A DNA stretch of 20,138 bases from NCBI GenBank assembly GCA_044222065.1, contig JBGAOA010000073.1, positions 1 to 20,138 on the forward strand. Reading direction: 5' to 3'. This DNA is from Candidatus Eiseniibacteriota bacterium. Lineage in GTDB: Bacteria > Eisenbacteria > RBG-16-71-46. The position numbers and the translations under genes were made by a program. The notes under the pieces are model-generated. The model was not told where the DNA came from. It worked only from the letters and a program-made list of their open reading frames with translations, and did not search any database. Positions 6,513-15,348 of this stretch are shown here, one piece after another (positions within the stretch are counted from its first letter, which is position 1; each line of letters begins with the position of its first letter).

Positions 6513-8969
6513 TCAGGCGGAAGGATCGGCGCGCGCCACCCGGGACTTGAGCGCGATCGGGGACGGAGCGAGGACCGGGACGCGCGCGCCGGTGAGTTGC
6601 CTCAACACGACGACGGTGAGGTCGTCGAGCGAGCGGTCGGCGAACTGGCGCACGTCCGACAGCAGCGATTCGAGCGCCGCCGAGGCCCGGCGGGATTCGA
6701 GCCGGCGCAGCGAGTGCCACAACTCGGCCGAGCCGAACTCCTCGTCGCCGCGCCGCGCCTCCGTGAGCCCGTCGGTGAAGATGAACAGCGTGTCGCCGGC
6801 GTCGAGTTCGACGCACACGTCGTCGTAGGCGGCGCCGTCGCGCACGCCGAGCAGCACGCCGCCGCCCGGGATCTCGTCGACCTCGCCGCTCCGCCGGCGC
6901 ACGAGCGGCGGGGGGAGCCCGGCATTCGCGATCCACACGCGGCCCGCGCGCACTTCGACGCGCGCGCACAACAGCGCCATGAACCGGTCGGGCTGGTCGA
7001 GCGACACGAGTTCCTGGTTGAGCGCGGTGAGGATCTGGCGCGGCGCCCGCTCGCCGCGCGCCTCGCTGCGGAACCTCGCCTGCACGCCCGCGAGCACGAG
7101 CGCGGCGGGCACGCCCTTGCCGGCGGCGTCGCCGACGGCGAGCGTGAATTCGCGCGGCGAGTGCTGGATGAAGTCGTAGTAGTCGCCACCCACGGGTTCG
7201 CTCGAGAGCGCGGCGGCGGCGGCCTCGAGCGTCGGGAACACGGGGGCGCGGCGAGGCAGCAGGTGCGCCTGGATCGCGCCCGCGCGCTGCAGTTCGCGGT
7301 CGAGCGCGCCGTGCGTGTCCGCGGCGCGCCGGAGCGCGTCGTTGTCGAGTTCGACCGCGAGCTGGTGCGCGAGGCGCGGCAGCTCCGCGGCTTCGGAGCG
7401 CCCGAGCCAGCTGCCCGCGAGCCGTCGTCCGAGCAGCAGCGCCACGCGCCGCTCGTGCTCGCCTCCGCACACGACCCATCGCACGCCTGCTCCGAGCAGC
7501 GCCTGTGCGTCGGCGTCGTCGAGCGCGAGGTCCTCGACCGCCCGGGCCTGTCGCGCGCGAGCGACCGCGAGCCACGCCTCGGCCTCGAGCGCCGGAATCT
7601 CCGTCGCTCCGGCGCGCGCGCGCGCGGCGACCGCGCCCGCCGAGAGCCCGACGGCGGCGCAGCCGTCGAGGCGCAGCGCCTCCGCCAGATCGCGGCACGC
7701 GGACTCGAGCAGGCCCGAGGGCTCGACCTCGGCTTCGCGCGGGCGCACTTCCTCGGCGATCGAACGCACCGCCCGGCCGCGCAGGCGTCCGCCGATCGGG
7801 CCCGCGAACGGCGAGAGCGCCGCGAGTATCGCGAGCGCCGTTCCCGCCGCGGGGCCGCCGGGCCCGCCGCCGCTCGCGCCTCCGGACCACTCGGCGGCGA
7901 CGAGCGCGCCTCCGCCGAGCAGCGCGACCGCGCCCGCCACGGCGAAGCCGCGCAGCGCGACGCGTGCGTCGAACACGCGATGCACCGCGATCGACCACGC
8001 GAACGCCGCCGGCACGAGCAGCGTTCCGTAGATCGCGGCTCGCTCCCACGGCAGCACGACCGCCGGAGCGAGGTTGCGCACGAGCGTGACGATCGCGAGC
8101 GGCGCCGCGCCGAGCATCGTGCCCGCGAGCGCGACGCGCAGCCGGCGGCGCGCATCCGCGGTGCGCGTCGCGGCGAACGCCGCGACGAAGCAGCCGAGCG
8201 CGAGCACGAGCCCGGCCGCGAACCACACCGCGGCGGCCGCTCCCACGAACTCGAGCACGCGCGCGCGCGTTCCGGCGTCCGGGAACACGGGCACGACTTC
8301 GAGAAACGAAGCGAGCCACAGCAGACCCGAGACGGCGTAAGCCGGGCGGACGATGCGCGAGCGGAATCCGCCGGGTGCTCGTGCTTCCGGGAAGAGCGCG
8401 AAGAAGTGCACGCACAGCGCGGGCAGCACGATCTGGACTCCCGAGATGAGCGCCGGGTAGAGGTGCTGGAAGCCCTCGGGCGTCGGGCGCGGGAGCGGCG
8501 CGAGCAGGCTCGCGAACGCGAGGCAAACGAGCGCGAACGCGCGCGTCAGCCGGTCGCGTCGGTCGCTGCGCGCGAGGCTCGCGATCAGCACGAATCCCGC
8601 GGCGACGAAGATCTGTCCGGCCATCCCGCGGCGTTCGCCCCGGGGCAGGGACTCGGGGACGATCCACACCGGCGCTCGCGATCCGTTGCGCTCGCGCTCG
8701 AGCAGCAGCGGCACCTCGGGCCGGGCGTGCGCGAGCGGGCCGAGCGGATCACCCGCCGTTCCGGACGGGTCGTGGAGCACGTCGCCGGGGCGGAGCCCGG
8801 CGCGCGCCCCGGGGCCTCCGGGAATCGTCTCGACGACGCGACCCGCCTGCACGAGCAGGCCCGAGTAGGGCTGCCGGGGCAGGCTCAACGACGCGATCGC
8901 CAGCCAGCCTGCGACCGGCACCATCAACCAGGAAACGAGCGAATCGCCGCGGTCGCGCTTCACGCCCAT
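6513..8969 (-). CDS. Membrane PP2C/SpoIIE (RsbU-like) serine phosphatase with PDZ-like, multi-TM and GAF-like regions
   Basis: PDZ-like VVETIPGGPGARAGLRPGDVL, several hydrophobic helices, PP2C motifs VGGDYYD, GDAAGKG, NAG, FTDGLTEA, DDLTVV all intact. Confidence 0.9.
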   Translation of the reverse strand: MGVKRDRGDSLVSWLMVPVAGWLAIASLSLPRQPYSGLLVQAGRVVETIPGGPGARAGLRPGDVLHDPSGTAGDPLGPLAHARPEVPLLLERERNGSRAPVWIVPESLPRGERRGMAGQIFVAAGFVLIASLARSDRRDRLTRAFALVCLAFASLLAPLPRPTPEGFQHLYPALISGVQIVLPALCVHFFALFPEARAPGGFRSRIVRPAYAVSGLLWLASFLEVVPVFPDAGTRARVLEFVGAAAAVWFAAGLVLALGCFVAAFAATRTADARRRLRVALAGTMLGAAPLAIVTLVRNLAPAVVLPWERAAIYGTLLVPAAFAWSIAVHRVFDARVALRGFAVAGAVALLGGGALVAAEWSGGASGGGPGGPAAGTALAILAALSPFAGPIGGRLRGRAVRSIAEEVRPREAEVEPSGLLESACRDLAEALRLDGCAAVGLSAGAVAARARAGATEIPALEAEAWLAVARARQARAVEDLALDDADAQALLGAGVRWVVCGGEHERRVALLLGRRLAGSWLGRSEAAELPRLAHQLAVELDNDALRRAADTHGALDRELQRAGAIQAHLLPRRAPVFPTLEAAAAALSSEPVGGDYYDFIQHSPREFTLAVGDAAGKGVPAALVLAGVQARFRSEARGERAPRQILTALNQELVSLDQPDRFMALLCARVEVRAGRVWIANAGLPPPLVRRRSGEVDEIPGGGVLLGVRDGAAYDDVCVELDAGDTLFIFTDGLTEARRGDEEFGSAELWHSLRRLESRRASAALESLLSDVRQFADRSLDDLTVVVLRQLTGARVPVLAPSPIALKSRVARADPSA

Positions 8970-8991
8970 CCCTTCGCACGGGGCCAGCGGC

Positions 8992-9019
8992 AGGCTACCA
9001 ACCCGCGGCGAGGGGTCAA
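8992..9019 (-). promoter_or_regulatory. Sigma70-type promoter of the phosphatase gene
   Basis: Minus strand TTGACC-N16-TAGCCT with extended -10 TG. Confidence 0.55.
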
Positions 9020-9067
9020 GGCCCAGAACGGCGCTTGGGTTTGCGCGGAGGCCGGGCTATTCTCCGG

Positions 9068-9095
9068 TCAAGTCGGTTGTCTTTCCTGCCGATAC
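9068..9095 (+). promoter_or_regulatory. Sigma28-type promoter upstream of csrA-flgM
   Basis: TCAAG-N15-GCCGATAC. flgM is an established sigma28 target, and fliA lies in the same locus. Confidence 0.75.
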
Positions 9096-9150
9096 GCTGT
9101 TCGACCGGTCGGGATGAGTTCCGGATCAGGGACGCGGAGGAAGCTTCACG

Positions 9151-9390
9151 ATGCTGGTCCTAACAAGGAAGTTAGGCGAGAACATTCGAATCGGGGATTC
9201 GGTGAAGATCACCGTCCTCGAGGTGCGATCCGGGCAGGTCAAGCTCGGGATCGACGCTCCGCCTGAGGTGAAGGTTCACCGCGAAGAGATCTATGCCCGA
9301 ATCCAGGAAGAAAATCGTCGCGGCAAGACCGACGCGCCGCAGGGCCCGAAGCCCCCGCGGGACGACGAGCCGCGCTCCGCGTCTCGTTGA
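9151..9390 (+). CDS. csrA: Carbon storage regulator CsrA (FliW-type C-terminus)
   Basis: [16 protein letters not shown]...VKLGIDAP...VHREEIY...IQEEN, GGAGG ribosome-binding site. Confidence 0.97.
   Translation: MLVLTRKLGENIRIGDSVKITVLEVRSGQVKLGIDAPPEVKVHREEIYARIQEENRRGKTDAPQGPKPPRDDEPRSASR
9159..9176 (+). promoter_or_regulatory. CsrA-binding hairpin within csrA codons 3-9
   Basis: Stem CCTAAC/GTTAGG with loop AAGGAA. ACAAGGAAGT resembles the CsrA consensus core ACARGGAUGU. Confidence 0.7.
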
Positions 9391-9607
9391 CGCGAAGGAA
9401 GACGGCGGCAGTCTCCGAGTCGCGCACGCCCCGGGCTCGCTCCGCGAGCATCCCGTCCTGAGCCTGGTGGGCGGGGAGGATTCGGGCGAGGTGCGCTGGA
9501 ACCGGGTCCTCACCGCGCGCACGCGGCTCGCGCTCGGCTACTACGACCGTCCGGACGTGCTCGAGCGTCTCGCCGACGCCGTCCTGGACGAGCTCGGCGG
9601 CGAGTAG
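9387..9607 (+). CDS. flgM: FlgM-like anti-sigma28 factor (start uncertain, possible frameshift)
   Basis: C-terminus [36 protein letters not shown] fits the FlgM pattern VR..RV.......i..G.Y........iAd.ll. Candidate starts: ATG 9293, TTG 9387 (needs a -1 shift), GTG 9467, GTG 9491. Confidence 0.7.
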
Positions 9608-9660
9608 CGCCACACCCGCGGTCGCCAGCGGCGACCTCGAACCGCCGGCGCTTCGCGCGT

Positions 9661-9688
9661 TTCAAGCCGCCCGCCGCGCTGTTATGCT
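9661..9688 (+). promoter_or_regulatory. Putative sigma70-type promoter of the kinase/activator pair
   Basis: TTCAAG-N16-TATGCT with extended -10 TG, 9 nt before ATG 9698, no Shine-Dalgarno. Confidence 0.45.
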
Positions 9689-10850
9689 GCGGCCCGCATG
9701 AAGCGACGGACTGCGACCTCTCGATCGCGATCCGGTGGCCAGGAGGCTCCCCACGCGTTGCTGCTCGGCGCGCTGCTCGACGACGCCGACGCCGGCGTGG
9801 TGCTGGTGGATCCCCGGGGCCGGATCGCCGCCCTGAACGCCGCCGCCGGAAGGCTGCTCGCGGTGACGCCTTCGAGCGCGCGCGGCGCACCGGCCGCGGG
9901 GGTGATCCGCTCCGTCGTTCCGGGCGAGGACCTCGTGGCCGACGGCTTCGCCGCACCCGCGACCGACCGCGAGGTCGTGCTGGTCATCGACGGGGGCGAG
10001 CTTCCCGCGCTCGTCCGCACGCGCCGGGTCGGGAGCCCGCGCTGGCTCGCGATCGTTCTGAAGGACCTCACGCAGCTGCGGCGCATGCGCGAGGACCTGC
10101 GCCGCAACGAGCGGCTGGCCACCCTCGGCCAGCTCTCGGCCGGCGTCGCGCACGAGATCCGAAACCCGCTCGCCGGGATCGGCACGAGCGCGCAGGTGCT
10201 GCTGCGCCGCTTCGAGCCGCGCGACGACCGGGCGCGATTCGTGAAGGTGATCCTCGAAGAGGTGAGCCGGCTCGACCGCATCGTCACGAGCCTGCTCCAG
10301 TACGCGCGGCCGCGCACGCCGGAGCTCAGGCCCGCCGCGCTGGCGGCGTGCGTCGAGGACGCCCTGAACGCTCAATCGGAACTGCTCGCGCGCGCCGGGA
10401 TCGCGGTCGAGACGTCGGTCGCCCCGAAACTCGCCCCGATCTACATCGACTCGGATCTCGTCCGGCAGGTGATGCTGAACGTGATCCTGAACGCCGCGCA
10501 GGCGATGCCGCAGGGCGGCACGCTGCGCATCGAGGTGCGCCGCCTGCGCCGGCGCCGCGCGCCGCGCGGACCCGGGCGCCGCGCTTCCGATCGTTCGCCC
10601 GCGGCCGCTCTCGGCGCGCCCGGCTGGATCACCTACCAGCAGGTGCGCGTCACCGACACGGGTTCCGGGATCCCGCGCGGCGTGCTCGAGAAGCTGTTCG
10701 ACCCGTTCTTCACGACCAAGCCCCGCGGCACCGGGCTCGGCCTGTCCATCTCGCAGACCATCCTGCAGGAGCACGGCGGCAGCATCGAAGTCGCGAGCCG
10801 CGAAGGCCGCGGCACGACCGTGCTCCTCAACTTCCCGCTGGAGAAACGCC

Positions 10851-12269
<1,419 letters not shown>

Positions 12270-12589
12270 CATTTCGAGGGCGCAGCGCCCGTCACGGGCG
12301 TTGCGACCGAACGAACCCGAGTCGGCCGGGCCGACCAAGTTCCGGTCGTGCGTTCTCCGGCTCCGGATCAAGGTTGGGCGGGCGAAGTGCACGGCGAAGC
12401 GTGCGCCTCGCCGGATGCGCGTACCGCTTTGCCCGTTCCGCGTCACGGACGGCGCCGGAGCCCCCGCGGCACGTCGCGCGCTAAGTTGCATTCCGCAAAC
12501 GACCTCGCGCGCGCCGCCCGTACGCCCTCACGGTCCGCCGCCGCGCGATCGAACGTCGCGCGATCTCCGCCCGCCGCAGGGGTCTCCAC

Positions 12590-12605
12590 TGGCACGCACG
12601 GTGCA
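12590..12605 (+). promoter_or_regulatory. Sigma54 (-24/-12) promoter
   Basis: TGGCACGCACGGTGCA versus consensus TGGCAC-N5-TTGCW, 36 nt upstream of ATG 12642 and just downstream of a sigma54 activator gene. Confidence 0.8.
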
Positions 12606-12641
12606 GAACCGGACGCGTCCCAACCCACCGGAGACCCCAGA

Positions 12642-13037
12642 ATGCCGCACATTCTCATCGTCGAGGACGAAGCCGCCATGTCGTGGGCGCTCGCCGAAGG
12701 ACTGTCGGAAGACGGCTACACGACCGACACGTTCCGGAGCGCCGAAGAGGCGTGGGCGTGGCTTCGGGAGGGCACGAGCGACCTCGTGATCTCCGACCTC
12801 CGGCTGCCCGGCATGAGCGGTCTCGAGCTGGCGAAGAAGCTCCGCCGCGGCCGCCGCGCGCAGCCGGTGATCCTCGTCACGGCGTACGGCACTCCCGAAC
12901 TCGAGCGCGCCGCGCACGACGCCGGCATCGCCGAGTGCTTCCCGAAGCCGTTCCCGCTCGACCGCCTGCGCCGCTCGGTGCGGCTCGCGATCGAGCGGGC
13001 GGACGCGCGCCGTCCGCGCCGGCGGGCCGCCGCGTGA
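12642..13037 (+). CDS. Single-domain response regulator (receiver only)
   Basis: MPHILIVEDE, DLVISDLRLPGMSG, VILVTAYG, PKPF. GGAG ribosome-binding site, 131 aa. Confidence 0.92.
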   Translation: MPHILIVEDEAAMSWALAEGLSEDGYTTDTFRSAEEAWAWLREGTSDLVISDLRLPGMSGLELAKKLRRGRRAQPVILVTAYGTPELERAAHDAGIAECFPKPFPLDRLRRSVRLAIERADARRPRRRAAA

Positions 13038-13366
13038 AGTCCGCGCCGCGCCGCAGCCGCGCCCTGAAGCGCGCCCCGTCCCGGCTCCGTCCGGCGCTCG
13101 CCGCCGCTTCGGCTCCGGCGGGCCTGCACGAAGCGCTCGCGGCGTTCGCCGAGGAAGAGCGCGCGGTGCTCGCGATGCTGCTCATCGAGCGACTGACCCC
13201 GGCGGACGCCGCCGCCGCGCTCGGCATCGAGCGCGCCCGCGTCGTCGCGTCGTACCGCTCGATGCTCGCCGCCCTGCGCCGCGCGCTGCGCGACGAACGC
13301 GCGCCGTCGCGCTTCGGCGAGTCGCGCGCCCGCATCGTCCTCGCCCCGCGCCGGAGCGCCGCGTGA
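13034..13366 (+). CDS. Stand-alone sigma70 region-4-like protein resembling FliA domain 4
   Basis: GTG start overlaps the upstream stop. LHEALAAFAEEERAVLAMLLIERLTPADAAAALGIERARV...LRRAL aligns by eye with local FliA LDQLPEQERLVVALYYYERLTLKEIGRALGISESRV...LRLRL. Confidence 0.75.
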   Translation: MKSAPRRSRALKRAPSRLRPALAAASAPAGLHEALAAFAEEERAVLAMLLIERLTPADAAAALGIERARVVASYRSMLAALRRALRDERAPSRFGESRARIVLAPRRSAA

Positions 13367-13611
13367 GCGCGCCGATCGTCGCGTTCGCCGATCGCGCGCG
13401 CCGCATGCCGGAGTCCGTCGTCGAACGTCTCGATGCCGCCTCGGTCGCGGTCGTGACGCTCGACCGCGAAGCCGACCGGCTGCGACGCCTCGGGCTCGAC
13501 GCGGCCGCGGACCGCTGCCGCACCGAGCGCCGCTACTGGAATTTCGTCCGCGCCCTCCACGACATCGCGACCCGTCGCGAGCGCGTCTCGCCGTGGGAGG
13601 GACTCGCGTGA
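13363..13611 (+). CDS. Hypothetical helical protein, 82 aa
   Basis: GTGA overlaps at both ends, GGAG ribosome-binding site, GC3-biased codons. No family recognised. Confidence 0.75.
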   Translation: MSAPIVAFADRARRMPESVVERLDAASVAVVTLDREADRLRRLGLDAAADRCRTERRYWNFVRALHDIATRRERVSPWEGLA

Positions 13612-14513
13612 GCCGCAGGAAGTCCGGCCGCACCGCGCCGCCGCGCGCGAGCCTGCAGGTCGTCGGGGGCGGCGCGCCCGCGTCGCTGCCGAGCGATCAT
13701 CCGTCCGCGTGGAAGCGTCCGCGCGCGCGCACGATCGCGGTCGCGAGCGGAAAGGGCGGAGTCGGCAAGAGCAACCTCGCCGCGAACCTCGCGGTCGCGC
13801 TCGGCGAACGCGGCGCTCGCGTGCTGCTCGTGGACGGCGACCTCGCGCAGGCGAACCTCGACCTGCTGCTCGGCGTGCACCCGCGCTTCGACCTGTCCCA
13901 CGTGCTGCACGGCGAGAAGACGCTCGAGGAGATCGTCGTGAACGGTCCCTCCGGCGTGCGCCTCGTGCCCGCGTCCTCGGGCGATCCCGATCTCGCCGAC
14001 CTCGACGACTACCGGTTCGAATTCGTGATGCGCGCGCTCGGAGAGCTCGGCGCGGACGCCGACCTCGTGATCCTCGACACCGCCTCCGGCGTGTCGCGCG
14101 CCGTGACCGGCTTCTGCCTCGCCGCCGACGACGTCGTCGTCGTCACGACGCCGGAGCTGCCGTCGTTCTCGGACGCCTACGCGCTCGTGAAGCTGCTGCA
14201 CGCCCGCGGGCTCAAGGGCGCGCCGCACCTGCTCGTCAGCATGAGCGGCAGCGCGGAGGAATCCGAGGAGACCGCGCACCGCGTGCGCCTCGTCGCGAAG
14301 CGGTTCCTGCGGCTCGAGCTCGACGCGTGGACGCCGGTGCCGTTCGACGCCGCGCTGCCCGCGGCGGTGCGGCGCCAGGAGCCGGTCGTGAACGCGTTCC
14401 CGAAGTCCCCGGCGGCGCAGGCGTACCGCGATCTGGCGGCGCGTCTGTGGAAGCCGGTGCCTCGTACGCCCGAAACAGAACCCGTCGTCGAACCCTTCCG
14501 ACTCGAAGCCTGA
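13608..14513 (+). CDS. flhG: MinD-like ATPase FlhG/FleN/YlxH
   Basis: IAVASGKGGVGKSN, LLVDGDLAQANLDLLLG, ILDTASG, VVTTPELPSFSDAYALVK, AVRRQEP. Directly upstream of fliA, GTG 13608 with GGGAGG. Confidence 0.85.
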   Translation: MSRRKSGRTAPPRASLQVVGGGAPASLPSDHPSAWKRPRARTIAVASGKGGVGKSNLAANLAVALGERGARVLLVDGDLAQANLDLLLGVHPRFDLSHVLHGEKTLEEIVVNGPSGVRLVPASSGDPDLADLDDYRFEFVMRALGELGADADLVILDTASGVSRAVTGFCLAADDVVVVTTPELPSFSDAYALVKLLHARGLKGAPHLLVSMSGSAEESEETAHRVRLVAKRFLRLELDAWTPVPFDAALPAAVRRQEPVVNAFPKSPAAQAYRDLAARLWKPVPRTPETEPVVEPFRLEA

Positions 14514-14529
14514 TCGAGGAGATCCCCTG

Positions 14530-15348
14530 ATGCCGCGTCTCGCTCCCGCTCCCGCCTCCGCCTCGAATCGTCCGACGCTGCGCCTCGTGCGCGGCAAGGG
14601 CCGCGTCGTGCCCCCGACCGCGGTGACCTACTCGAAGGACGAACTGCTCACGCGCTTCGCGCCGCTCGTGCGGCACGTCGTCGAGCGCGTCGCGGCGACG
14701 CTGCCGAAGAACGTGGATCACGAGGACCTGTACTCGGCCGGCGTGCTCGGCCTGCTGGACGCGCACGCGAAGTTCGACGCGAAGAAGGGCGTGAAGTTCG
14801 AGACCTATGCGGTGTGGCGCATCAAGGGCGCCGTGCTCGACCAGCTGCGCGCGCTCGACTGGGTGTCGCGCTCGATGCGCCGCAAGGCGCGCAACCTCGA
14901 CGGCGTCACGCGCCAGCTCGACCAGAAGCTCGGGCGCGCGGCCTCCGAGGAAGAAGTCGCGAAGGCGATGAACCTGTCGCGCGGCGACTTCTACCGGCTG
15001 CTCGACCACGTGCGCGGCGCCGTGCTCGTGTCGCTCGACGAGAGCCGCTCGGGCGACGGCGAGGAGCCGTCGACGCTCGCGGACCATCTCGCCGACCCGA
15101 GCGCGCCGAACGTCGAGTTCCGCCTCGAGGAGGAGCAGGCGCGCCGCGTCATGCTGCGCACGCTCGACCAGCTGCCCGAGCAGGAGCGGCTCGTCGTCGC
15201 GCTCTACTACTACGAACGCCTGACGCTCAAGGAAATCGGGCGCGCCCTGGGCATCTCGGAGTCGCGCGTTTCGCAGGTCCACACGCGCGCGATGAGCCGG
15301 CTCAGGCTGCGGCTCGCCCGGGCGCTCTCGATGGAGGAGGCGGCGTGA
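14530..15348 (+). CDS. fliA: RNA polymerase sigma factor, FliA/WhiG (sigma28) family
   Basis: DLYSAGVLGLLDA, KFETYAVWRIKGAVLDQLRALDWVSRS, LYYYERLTLKEIG, LGISESRVSQVH. Confidence 0.93.
   Translation: MPRLAPAPASASNRPTLRLVRGKGRVVPPTAVTYSKDELLTRFAPLVRHVVERVAATLPKNVDHEDLYSAGVLGLLDAHAKFDAKKGVKFETYAVWRIKGAVLDQLRALDWVSRSMRRKARNLDGVTRQLDQKLGRAASEEEVAKAMNLSRGDFYRLLDHVRGAVLVSLDESRSGDGEEPSTLADHLADPSAPNVEFRLEEEQARRVMLRTLDQLPEQERLVVALYYYERLTLKEIGRALGISESRVSQVHTRAMSRLRLRLARALSMEEAA

Noticed and set aside
6402..9266. Long antisense or alternate-frame ORFs (954 aa here; also 277..1875, 10946..12484, 16529..18316, 18468..20138)
   Set aside because: Arg/Ala/Gly-rich shadows expected in high-GC DNA, overlapping genes with clear motifs.
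12467..12482. Second sigma54 site CGGCACGTCGCGCGCT
   Set aside because: GG-N10-GC spacing fits but the -12 box is poor, and the 12590 site is much better placed.
13591..13605. PWEGL repeated in the 82-aa protein and the DHp protein
   Set aside because: Here it coincides with the GGGAGG ribosome-binding site of flhG. Five residues is within chance.
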